Source of the DNA: Nemertoderma westbladi
Taxonomy: Eukaryota > Animalia > Xenacoelomorpha
Assembly: GCA_032718475.1 (NCBI GenBank)
Contig: JAUCBJ010007481.1
Location: 1 to 32,490, forward strand
Length of the DNA stretch: 32,490 nt
Reading direction: 5' to 3'
Shown here: positions 10,970 to 21,929 of the stretch, piece after piece
Numbering within the stretch: position 1 is the stretch's first letter
Layout: each line of letters starts with the position of its first letter
The notes under the pieces: model-generated
Told to the model about the DNA's origin: nothing
What the model saw: the letters and a program-made list of their open reading frames with translations, nothing else
The model's database searches: none
Program-made: the position numbers and the translations under genes

Positions 10970-11330
10970 TTTTAATGCCCAGGTCGCCATGCCTCGATGC
11001 TAGCTCGAACGAACCCTGTGGGGCGAGCCACGAAGTGAGTGAGCCTTAGCGTAGTGGTACCATTAATCAACCTGTCGTTCTGTCGTTCTGTCGTTCTGTC
11101 GCGTTCAATTTTAAATGTTAATTTTTAAAACGTTTGGATAGATTTCATCAAAGATTGGCCATCTTTGATGAAATCTATCCAAACTTGGTACACATGTTGT
11201 TTGGCAAAAGTTTAGAAATTTTCCAAGTAGAATTTCCGTGTGGCCTTCGAGAAGCTAAGATAATAGCAGTTAATTAGTTAATTAAGTTGATTACGGTAAA
11301 AACACCATTTTCAACCTGCCTTTTAAAGGA
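10970..11330 (+). mobile_element. Non-autonomous Helentron/DINE-like (HINE) remnant
   Basis: Starts after a T-run. Has an internal (CTGTCGTT)n microsatellite (11072-11100) followed by a CCAAACTTGGTAC motif, an arrangement typical of HINEs. Boundaries are uncertain. Confidence 0.4.
11132..11184. repeat. Perfect 24-bp inverted repeat with 5-nt spacer
   Basis: GTTTGGATAGATTTCATCAAAGAT-tggcc-ATCTTTGATGAAATCTATCCAAAC. Confidence 0.95.
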
Positions 11331-12093
11331 AATTAATTGTTTTACAGTATAAGATTTAAATAATTATACTTAAAAATTATACAGATGTAATCCACATACG
11401 CCATTCTATTATAGTTTTTAATTAGTTCAAGTGATTTGCTTTAATAATTGTGTCTTTAATTGATCTAAAGTAATTAAAACGGCGTAAAAAATTGATTCTC
11501 ATTAAATACTGCTCATTTATTGGCCAACATGCTGGTACATAGATGGAAGGATGTATGTTAAGGCAGCCAGTTGCTGGGAATGATTATTGGTCAAGTCTCT
11601 GCTGGTGTGGAGCTAGCTGGGAGTTGTGGCTGTAGACTAACCAGAGAGGAATTGTAATAGGCAACCAGTATTGCTATTCCAGCCCAGACAGCATTCTTTA
11701 AATCCAACATCCCAACATTGACTCTACATAAGTGTTGTATTGCTATCTCAGTTAAATGACAGATATAATAACATAAATACCATCCATGGCATGGCTGTTG
11801 TAGGCTTCTGAAATAGTTTATTCCACAATGTATATGTCTGGTTATTTTTTAATTGAATTTTTGCAAAGTAGTAAAATTAATGTTCTTAAAAATAATGTTA
11901 TTATTTTATATGTAACCTAGGAAATTAGCTACATTTTTTCGCTGCAGCTTTAAGAGTGTACATTGATTTAATATTATTTCAATACCCATATTACTACATC
12001 GGCATAAGATGCGTTGGCGTTGTATCACACATCTCCACATAGATGTATCAACAGTTACTCACACAGTTTCGAAACTTCGCATAGTTATAACTG

Positions 12094-12385
12094 TATAAAG
12101 ATCGTCAGTCTGCGTTTAGGAAAAATATTTTATGACAAAACAGGACAAGCGACGAGCGCAACGAGGCATATAATGAAGACGAGTACTGCGTTGACTAAAT
12201 TATTATATAAACCACCTGGCTTCACATATTGATCGCATCCCTAGTTATTATTATTATAAAGATCGTCCTAGCCTGCGTTTAAGAAATATATTTAAATACA
12301 AAACAGGACGAACGCAAAGAGGCTTATAATGAAAACGAGTACTGCGTTTATTATATTCCTATAAACCACCTGGCTTTGCATATTT
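12094..12385. repeat. Diverged tandem duplication, about 135-bp units (12094-12230 and 12255-12385)
   Basis: Shared colinear blocks TATAAAGATCGTC, CTGCGTTTA, ACAAAACAGGAC, TATAATGAA.ACGAGTACTGCGTT and TATAAACCACCTGGCTT. Confidence 0.85.
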
Positions 12386-15300
12386 AACGTGCGATTGGGT
12401 TCGTGCTACCCTTCCGTGGGTGGTAGATGTCGCGGTTATGTATTGGTGGTTGGGAAGGGTGGGGGGGGGGGGGGGGGCGGAGAGATTAAAAGGGGTGAAC
12501 ACGTACCGTCCCCCTTTCTTTGATTGATTGGTGGTGTGGGTAAATTTCTCAAAACCTGATTTTGTGATACAGTCGCTCAATTTTAATTTGTATCTAATAA
12601 CTGGGCCTCGTGCTGCGCGAAGGCCCCACGAACGTGTTGATACTGCGAACTTAAGCCAACTTGAAGACAGATTACACTCGTGTGAACGGAGCCTTAAAAA
12701 TCAAACCTTCCTATTTGAAAAAGAATACATACACTATTAATGGAAATAAGATATGTATTTTTTATGATTCACATTATGTGTTCACATGTTCTGTGAATTA
12801 TGTAGTTAGATTGTAGTAGTATAACAATTCATTATTTTACTTACTGAAAAATGATTGGCCAAGTTGCTCTAATAAATTAATAGTATTAATCTATTAACTA
12901 ATGTATTAACGTTTTATTATTTATTAATTATTTAACATTACCATTAGGCTTACAGAATTTGTGAACTTTAGTGAATATACCCCATGCCCTGTTTTTTTTG
13001 TTTATATGAATCGCTATAAAGTTATAGTTGTCGAACATTATATAAAAATCAATAAAGCAATTACGGAAGATGTTATTCTGTCATACCCTAAATGGATAAT
13101 GAGAAACGTGTCAGACCACTAGCTACGTATGACTTCAAACGAATGCGATGGCACCGTGCCATTGATTTCCGAGCAATTTCAAAATTTGTAAGGGCACAAT
13201 TTACAGCACTCAACTTTGAGGTACATTGACCCCAAGTGATGGATGACTTTCATCGAGAAAGTGATAATAGAAAGGGATGGGCTTACTTCAGACTTCTACC
13301 CTCAATGGAGGAAATCAGCCATGCTAAGTTGAAATAATTATGTTAACTATTGTCTTACCTGTTGGGCTACGAACGATTCGAGGTCATTTCATTTTAAATT
13401 TATAATTATTTCAAACACACATGTCATGCGCTGTTGTGAGTAATAGATGAGAAGTCTATAGAAGACACTAGACGACGCTATACAGAAGACCGACGCTCTG
13501 AGAAGACACTATACAGATACACCTTGTCCTGGAATATAGTGTCGTTATTCAGGTACCTGCCCCCCCCCCCCCCCCCCCCCCCCCCCTCCAAATTTTTTTA
13601 CAAATTATAAAGAGATTGCATGAAATTTGAAACATAGATAGTTTCACATCTCTCCTCCTCCATGGGTGAGCCAGAATTTTTATTTTTGCTTTCAATCTTT
13701 AGCTACAAGTGTTTGAAAAAGGTGACTGCGGCGATATTTCATAGGTCACAGACCACAGTGCAATCATTCTTCAACCTTATAGTGATTTGTTGGTACCAAT
13801 AGAAAGCTGCCCATGCAAGGATTCCAAAAATGTAAAAATATTTGAATTTGGTTGGGAAATACCTGAGATATTGGCATTCGAATGTTGCATGTATTTGCTT
13901 CCCCTGCAGGCCATTTATTCTATTTAATTAATGTACCATATTCGGGAACATTTTGTTTATCCCATACGTAGCTGGGAAACATTGGAATACCTCTTTAATT
14001 ATACTGTTACGTAGCTATTCATATAAACACGAAATGTTGTAGAATATGGTATCTTGATTTAATATAATAAAACAGCCTCGCGCAGGTGCTAAACCATGCA
14101 ATTTTTGAACGCTCATATCTCAATGTATGAGGAGTAGGTAGGACAACACCTACTGATAGGGTTTGTACTTGTGGTTCAATTCAAAATGAAGAAAACATTG
14201 ATATCCATTCCCAATTACAAGGGCTATGAGCGAGAAATTATCAATCACACACAGTATAATCTGTTTAAATATCGTATAGAACTATAGATGGACTACAAAA
14301 GTTGTAGGTACTGGGATCATTTAAAGTTTACATAATCATAAAAAGTTATCATTAAATGAAGATTTGGTAAATATTTCCCGATTTATTATTATTATTAAAA
14401 ACTGGTAAGAAGGTTTTTACTTTTCTGATGCTTTTATTGCTTTTGTACAATTTATTATTTGTACTGAAATTCAAATTGAAAGAGGGTATTACTTTTCTTA
14501 AATTCTAAGACAACTATTATTTAATATAAACAATTTTTAAAGGATACGAGTATTAAATTGAAATTTTAACATTAAAATCTTTCAATAATAGAATTAATAC
14601 ACCGTTTCAATCCTGATTGACTTACAGAAGTATGTCAAGTTAACGCAGTTGAATTTATTTCTCAATTAAAGATCGTTACTTTTCGTATTTCCAGGAAAAC
14701 TATTGGCTGATTCAGCAGGGCGATCTTAATTTATCTACAGTGGATTCATATTTGTTCCTGTCCATTAAGGATTCAACCTTCAGAGTCTCTATGGATACTG
14801 AGGGAGGATAGCTGAGGTGCATTACCAGCTTCTACAAAAAATTATGGATGGTTTTTATTAGAAAAAAAACAGCGCAAGCTTTTATAGAAGAAGACCATTA
14901 TTGGTAGACAAACAAACATTACTATGCATAAACATAGTCCCTAAAACAGATATCAATAATTAATGCAAGTTTGAGGCAAATAAGTTTAGCACCAAACATT
15001 GAGTATTATAAGTGCGCGTCAATTGATGAGTTAGGTTGAGAATCAACAGATGTGGACAGGCACACGTTGTAATTCGTCATTACCCATGCATACAATAGTA
15101 TTCACCTCGACAGCTTTAAATGAAACAGAGTTGACTTGTCAAAAACTAACAACCGAAATGACGACGTCAACTATTATCCTATCCCCCCCCCCCCCCCCGC
15201 CCCCCCACCTCAATAGTGTTTGTTAGTAAAAGCCCCATCCATTACGTGGCTCTCCAGATCCATCACATATTTCCTGACAGCTAACATTCACTAAAAAAAC

Positions 15301-15945
15301 TAACTCCATCACAGTAGTCTAAAGATGGAGGTGGCAAGGGTTATGTCCCAAAGGTGATGTACAGACAATACAGATTTTATTGATGTACCTCTCAAGTCCC
15401 ACCAACATCTGAATAGCCTACAGCTAAATACACATACAGCCTTATTATCTGAATTAGAGCTGCCACACTAAAGGGCTCCCACGGGATTGTTTGAATAGGG
15501 TGATAAGGGCATCATGATGGCATGATGGTGGAAACTCTTTATTTTATCCCATGATATTTTAATCAAACCTTTCCATGGAGATACAGGATGTTTAAGTTGA
15601 ATACAAAGAGGAATGGAGAGGTTAATGTTATTAGGCAGCGTATTATTAGTTGATACTAGTTTCGGGCCTAGCGGCCCGATAAGGAAGCTATCTTTTATTT
15701 CATAAAAAAACAGTGAAATTGTAGCAAATACGAATTTGAGATCCTGGTTACAAATGTGAGAGTCCTATAACAAATTAGAGTTCTGAGTTACAAATCGCCA
15801 ATAAAGCAAAGAAGAGGGAAGAGTTCATCCCATTCAACCCGCCTTTTAATCTGCACCCCAACTGAAAAAAGCCCGGGTATCAGTCATCAGTCAGTGAGAT
15901 TGTAGGCGACCCAATTTGTCAGAAATATTACAAGTTACCGTATGC

Positions 15946-16680
15946 CTACTACTACTAGGATTGGATTTTTTAAGAATGCTGTGCTGACTTGTGGACAAAA
16001 TTGCGCCACCACAACTCCCTATCACCCATGACATTTGCTAGATCATCCCCATCTTCAAGGCCAGTATCCTTTAAGATGCTTCTCAAGAAAGTCATAGGCT
16101 GTCCACCATGCTTATTCACTCCATGAGGCTGCCAAAGCACGAGATTATGCTGGTCCTCACGGCGAAAGCAATGTCCTGCAAAGCAGAGGCCTCTATATAT
16201 AGAGCCCACTATATAGTGTCTGGTTGGAGATGTGTGCATTGTACTTGACACAATGAACCCGACGTACAATTCTTGTGAATGTGTCATCCAGAGATTTGGT
16301 GTCCACAGCAGTTAGAGCCCAGCATGGACTCCCATAGAGGAGTACTGGAACTACTGCTGCTCTAAATAATCGGACCTTAAGTTTCCGATTAATTCTCTGC
16401 GACATCCAAATCCTGGAAAGTCTATTCAAGGCTGCCCATGCCTTTCCCTTACGTATTCGAAGGATCTGACTTCCGGATCCATGATCCCAGGTAACAGAAG
16501 TCGTCCACATGCTCAAGCATACCATCCTTTGAGCTCATGTTCATCCAGTCAGAGACTTGCTGAGGACTTTCAAAGTTAACTGTCAAATTTTGGTCTTTTT
16601 GGAGTTAATAAAAAGACCAACACTAGAAGCAGCCTGTTCTAATGAGCTGAGGAGCCGTTGGGCTCCCTCTTGTGATTCTG
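15946..16680 (-). mobile_element. RTE family A host copy, 3' half with (TAG)n tail
   Basis: Reverse complement of the 17998-18747 copy. ORF remnants 16193-16525 and 15970-16287. Tail CTACTACTACTAG on the plus strand at 15946. Confidence 0.9.
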
Positions 16681-17997
16681 TATTTATTGGGCCCAATCGT
16701 TAAGAGATTTATTGTTATTTCGGCAACTAGTAAGGTGATATATATCGGCTGTATCCCCGCAAAGCTGGCAACTGCAATTTTCATCAGGTTCGTGGAAATC
16801 TTTTCTGGAACAGATCGCAAAGTGAAAGCCATGGACAGAGAAACGTGTTAATACGTGGCGATTTGAATCTGTCCAAGTTCGGTTTGTCAATGCAGGAGAA
16901 CTCCAAAATTCAGTGTGTATCTCAGTGCATTTTAAATCAATATCTTGTAAATATTTGCGATACGCGTCTGTTTCCGGTAATTCTAAAGACGTGAAAATTT
17001 GAACAATAAGCGGCTTTTCTTGGCATAAGGCGAGCGTTAAGTCGGTTCTTGGCCGTTTTATGAAGGCAAGCAACCCTTTTGAGGTAGGTTGACTTAATCT
17101 TGTCAAGGGAATGAAGGTTGGTAGTTGACAGCAATGGCCAAAGTTCTACGAAACCGTATGTTATGATAGGATAGATCTTCAATTGGAAAAGAGCAACAGC
17201 TGTACGAAGGGACAAGAGCTGAGGGGACTTGATACTATGACTAGCCATTAAGGATTTGCAAACAATTTCAGTTACATGTTTGGTGAAAACCAGCGACGGT
17301 TGAAATAGAACTCCTAGGTATTTATATGAATTTGTGGTATTAACTGGCTTTCCTCTGAAAGTAAAAGAGTCATTGGCACATAATTTTCCGCCTCGGCGGA
17401 ATTTCATTATTTGTGTTTTCTTCAAATTTATTTCTAAACAGTTTTTGTAACACCATTCATTTAGAGCATCAAGAGTAGCTTGAATAGCCATTTTCGAATC
17501 TGAATATATCAGCAGGTCATCGGCAAATAGCATTATGACAATTTCGCCAATTAGATTAATCAAATTTTTTTATGAAGTCGACTAAATCCAGTATAAATAG
17601 TAGAAATAGGAATGGGCTGAGGGAATCTCCCTGAAGAACTCCTTTAAGCTGTTCTATCGTCCGGCTTTTCCTTAGACTATCGTAAACCCGAATGTAATTT
17701 GCACCAAGTATTGCTTTTATAATTCTAAGAAGTTTTCCGCGGATACTGAATGACGATTCTAATTTAGACAATAGGATAGATCGGGGCACAGAATCGAAAG
17801 CTTTTCGAAAATCGACGAAACGAGCATAAAGTGGCTTCTTTGGGGTTGATAAATTCGATCTTATTCTAGAAATAAATTTTGCTAAAGGGATTTTGGTTGA
17901 TTTCCCGGGCATAAATCCGAATTGCTCGGAAGGAATCAGAAAAGAGAGTAGATTTCACAGTCTCCTCTCCATGAGACGGGTTAAAATTTTTATACAT
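16681..17997 (-). mobile_element. 5'-truncated non-LTR retrotransposon of a second family (B): RT domain plus C-terminal Cys/His knuckle, frameshifted
   Basis: Motifs QFGFMPGKST, FVDFRKAFDSV, GVLQGDSLSP, LFADD, YKYLG and CQLC...YHLTSC across ORFs 17556-17912, 16937-17563 and 16684-17106. Stop TAA overlaps AATAAA at 16683-16688. Confidence 0.9.
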
Positions 17998-18747
17998 TGT
18001 TGGTCTTTTTATTAACTCCAGAAAGACCAACATTTTGACAGTTAACTTTGAAAGTCCTCAGCAAGTCTCTGATCGGATAAGCATAAGCTCAAAAGATGGT
18101 ATGCTTGAGCATGTGGATGACTTCTGTTACCTGGGATCATGGATCCGGAAGTCAGGTGAGGACCTTCGAATACGTAAGGGAAAGGCATGTGCAGCCTTGA
18201 ATAGGCTTTCCAGGATTTGGAAGTCACCGAGAATTAATCGGAAACTTAAGGTCCGATTATTTAGAGCAGCAGTAGTTCCAGTACTCTATGGGAGTCCATG
18301 CTGGGCTCTAACTGTTGATGACACCAAATCCCTGGATGGCACATTCACAAGAATGCTACGCCGGGTTCATTGTGTCAAGTACAATGCATACATCTCCAAC
18401 CAGACACTATATAAACATTGGAGGTGTCTCATTGGTTCCCCCCAAGCTTGACACTAGAACAAAGCCGCCTCTGCTTTGCAGGACATTGCTTTCGCCATGA
18501 GGACCAGCCAGTGCATAATCTTGTACTTTGGCAGCCTCATGGAGTGAATAAGCATGGTGGACAGCCCATGACTTTCTTGAGACGCATCTTAAAGGACACT
18601 GGCCTTGAAGATGCGGATGATCTAGCAAATGTCATGGGTGATAGGGAGTTGTGGCGGTGCAATTTTGTCGATAAGCCGGCACAGCATTCTAAGAAATGCA
18701 GCTGCAATGCAGCATGCCGATCCTAGTAGTAGTAGTAGTAGTAGTAG
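17998..18747 (+). mobile_element. 5'-truncated RTE family A copy with (TAG)8 tail
   Basis: ORFs 18035-18451 (VDDFCYLGS...) and 18418-18726. Tail at 18724-18747. Confidence 0.9.
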
Positions 18748-19760
18748 AGAGTACTCCTAAGTCATCAACAAAGTCTAGATCAGTTAGGTACTTGGCAGGA
18801 TTTCCTCGACTTCTGGATCCAATAGGTGGAGTTACCATTGTGATGATCTAAGGACATGCGTAGAACATAGTCAACCACAATTATGAACAAGAATGGCACA
18901 AGTGTGTCTCCTTGGAGGACTCCCCATAATACTTCAAATGGTTATGTGTCACCATCAACAGTAGACACAAATGTTGTCAAACCATTGTATACTGATCTTA
19001 TTGCTGCAATAATTTCATCAGGAATCCTATATAATGAAAGTATGCTGAACATACATGAACGAGAGACTGAATCAATGGCCTTGAAGAAGTCAAAGATAAT
19101 AGCCAGATATGCCTGTCTTTATTTTTAGGTAACTCTTCAATTATCCTTCTAAGTGCCAAAATGGGCACCATGGTCCCACGACCTTTACGGAACCCTTTCT
19201 GAGACAGGCAGCCAGTCAGGAGATAACTGACGCCTGTGAGGCCGATTGTGTCCGGTAATTCCACTGGCCTCTAGTGGCTGGACCTCCGCATTACTAATGT
19301 AATTAATAGTGGGGATTGGGGGGTGCTTTTTTGCTGAGTCAGCTCTCGGGGTAAATACCACACCTTGGTTTGTCATACCACAGGGTGGGTGTCACAGTGG
19401 AGTCAGATATGAGGCCCATCAGCCATACATACTCTAACGCACATGACCCACCATTGGCTGTGCAGCTCATCCACTGGGCCATGCCCTGTACACCTGCTGC
19501 CAGGTGCAGGTCGCAGTAAAGTGCACTCAGAGTGGACAAGAGAACACTCTACTCCTGACCAGCCATTGGTAGATCACCATCTGCCTGGCCAGGCCATATA
19601 CCCCTGCAGCCAAGTATATGGGTCCTTAATGCAGGACCAAGGGCGTCCTTATCCCAGAACGAAGGGCCCTAGCTACAGGACCAGATTTGCCCTAGTAAGA
19701 GGGTCTATGAAGCCACAGGTGGTACCTCCTTTATGCTGCATGGAGGTGGCAAGTTTTCTT
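18748..19760 (-). mobile_element. RTE family A host copy, 5' half (RT core plus putative 5' region; endonuclease apparently missing)
   Basis: Minus-strand motifs QKGFRKGRGT, GVLQGDTLVPFLFIIVVDYVLR and DLDFVDDLGVL. Reads directly into SESQEGAQRLL at 16680 when 16681-18747 is removed. 19204-19760 is GC-richer and is assigned to the element only by inference. Confidence 0.8.
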
Positions 19761-21512
19761 GTTCAATGATCTAGATTGCCTCAGCGAAATGATTTAACTA
19801 ATTCTAAAGGCTCCCCACTAAATACATAAGCAAAATTCATACAATCATTTAGCGAAATATACAATTTTGAATCTCTTCCTGTGATTGAATAAGCAGCTGT
19901 CATTAATCTGGCTTCTATCGAAAGGCTGTGTCCTATGGATGTAATCCATACATGTAACCCCCCGCCCCACCCCCCCCCCCCCCCCCTTTTTCCCTAACCA
20001 ATTTCAACATAGAAAGTGTAATTTTAACTTGTTAAACGTGTACCATTTTTCTTGTCGTATTTGTGATTTTTTGTATAGATCCGAAGATTATCAAAAGCAC
20101 AGCAATTTTTTTAAAAAGGGGGGGGGGGGGGTGGGGTGCCCCAATTACAACCCCCCCCCCCCCCCCCAAATCCGCTACAGTTGAAGTTGAAGTAGTGTGT
20201 GTTAGCAACGAAACATAACGGCGTTAAGCCCTTCTTCCATAACCAATTACTTGGCAGTTATCCAAATGCAGCTAATCCTCCACCATAACATCTGCTGTAT
20301 GTGGCCCATAAACGCTAAAGCATCTTTAATTATATAAACGTAAGATTTGTTAGTGCAATTGTGGTGTACCTCAATGAAATCTTAAAATTTATAAACCCCG
20401 CAACCCCCCCCCCCCCCCCCCCCCTTACCCTCCCTTGATATACTAATAATGAAGCTAAATATGATCCCATCGATTCCATTCCTTATATTCGCAGACCTCG
20501 TTAATTTTTAATGGGCCTCCTAAGTAATAATAAGTTCATATTGCACAATCGCGGGGCAGTAGCAATAAGACGGCTTTTACGAGTAGCCATAACGCGACTT
20601 TCTGTATCGCAAGACTACACTTCATGTGGAGGGAGAGAGAATCTCGTAGAGGCTCTCAAATAGAGAAACGTCAATGATACCGAAAATGAAGGTCGTGTTA
20701 TCGATCATGATGACAAAGGGGTGGCCGTGGCGTTAACTCGTTTGTTAACCTAAACCTCCCCCATTCTGCTCAATTAGAAGGCTACATAAATACATTAATA
20801 ACGGTAATAATGCAGAAAACTGTTACTTTTCAATAATTGTGTCGATGGATAGATATTTAGGTTTTTAATCTAAAGTGCACCTTAAATTTGCATTGGTAAT
20901 AACAAATCCCAAAAATGATGGGGAATAACATGTATTTAATATTGTGAATTTCGCATCCAGTCAATATCAGAATACTATAGTAGAGTAAAAGAATAGCAAT
21001 TTTGGTTTGTGAGGGGAAGGGATTGTAGTAAATATTCCTGCTTAATATTTCAATTTTCATAAGATGCACCAGTTAAAATAGGGCACTAATTAATTATGCT
21101 AGGCCTAGTCAGCATTATCAGTGATATGGCAATCTGGCTTTTGCTGTTGGAGTGACGTATATGGTTGGATAGTTACTGGTTGGATAGTTACTAAGTATAT
21201 ATAAATATATTATATAATGTGATTAATATTATTTTTACGAATCTTAATTTTTGATCAATCATGTTCTCTGACTTTACCAGGCTTTACTGGTAAGGACTAA
21301 ATAATCTATGATATAAAGTAATAAATGTAATTTGAGATAGAGTTAATTAGTTCCGGTCAATTCAAACCCTATAACACCTAGTTTTATTGGAAGGTTCAAT
21401 TACAATTTTTAACAGCGATTCCTGATTTAAAGTTATAGAAAACATTTAAATTCAATCAGAACACAACAATCATGTAAAACATTAAAAAGTTGTAAACCAT
21501 GGTGAGAAAATG

Positions 21513-21839
21513 TTATCCGTTTTAAATTTATTTGTACCAAATGAAATTAAATACAATTGAAATTGTATTATATGTATTTGGAAACAATAATGCTTAGAAA
21601 AGTTAACAATATATGTAGCAACAACGCCTGAATGTTTCCTGTTACTAGTATTGCCATTGGCTGCAGAAACATGCTTCGTATGATTGCTATTATCCGTCAT
21701 TAGTTGAGTACCGGTACCATTGGTTGAAACTTTGTCATCATACTTCTTACCAAATTGACACACCAACAAAAATTCAATGAGGCTAGAAAATACGAACTTA
21801 AAAGCAATTGCAAAGGTTATATCCAAAGCATTAATATAA
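21513..21839 (-). pseudogene. 3' remnant (M3, loop, frameshifted M4) of a third Cys-loop receptor paralog
   Basis: YINALDITFAIAFKFVFSSLIEFLLVCQFGKKYDDKVSTNGT...ATYI aligns to the C-terminus of 21930-23234. Nucleotide similarity continues through the GGATAA stop (TAA at 21515-21513). Everything upstream of M3 is absent. Confidence 0.85.
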
Positions 21840-21929
21840 TTTATATATTTAGGAGTCCAGTATTTTGAGGTATTTTGATGCGATTTGTAAATGGAATCTA
21901 AAATTGACAAAACACCATACTAGAAAATG

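Noticed and set aside
15655-15700. Helitron-like 3' end (TCGGGCC-TAGC-GGCCCGA hairpin next to ACTAG)
   Set aside because: The hairpin is real, but no matching other end or second copy supports an element call.
16937-17912. Retron, group II intron or defence-associated reverse transcriptase
   Set aside because: The motifs and C-terminal knuckle are those of a frameshifted, truncated non-LTR retrotransposon.
19204-19760. HDV-like ribozyme in the putative RTE 5' UTR
   Set aside because: Known from some RTEs, but I could not fit the nested double pseudoknot by eye. A covariance-model or RNAmotif search would be needed.
21482-21910. 142-aa ORF as an independent gene or alternative last exon
   Set aside because: Starts at a non-ATG codon in unrelated sequence, M4 is frameshifted and no convincing acceptor precedes M3.
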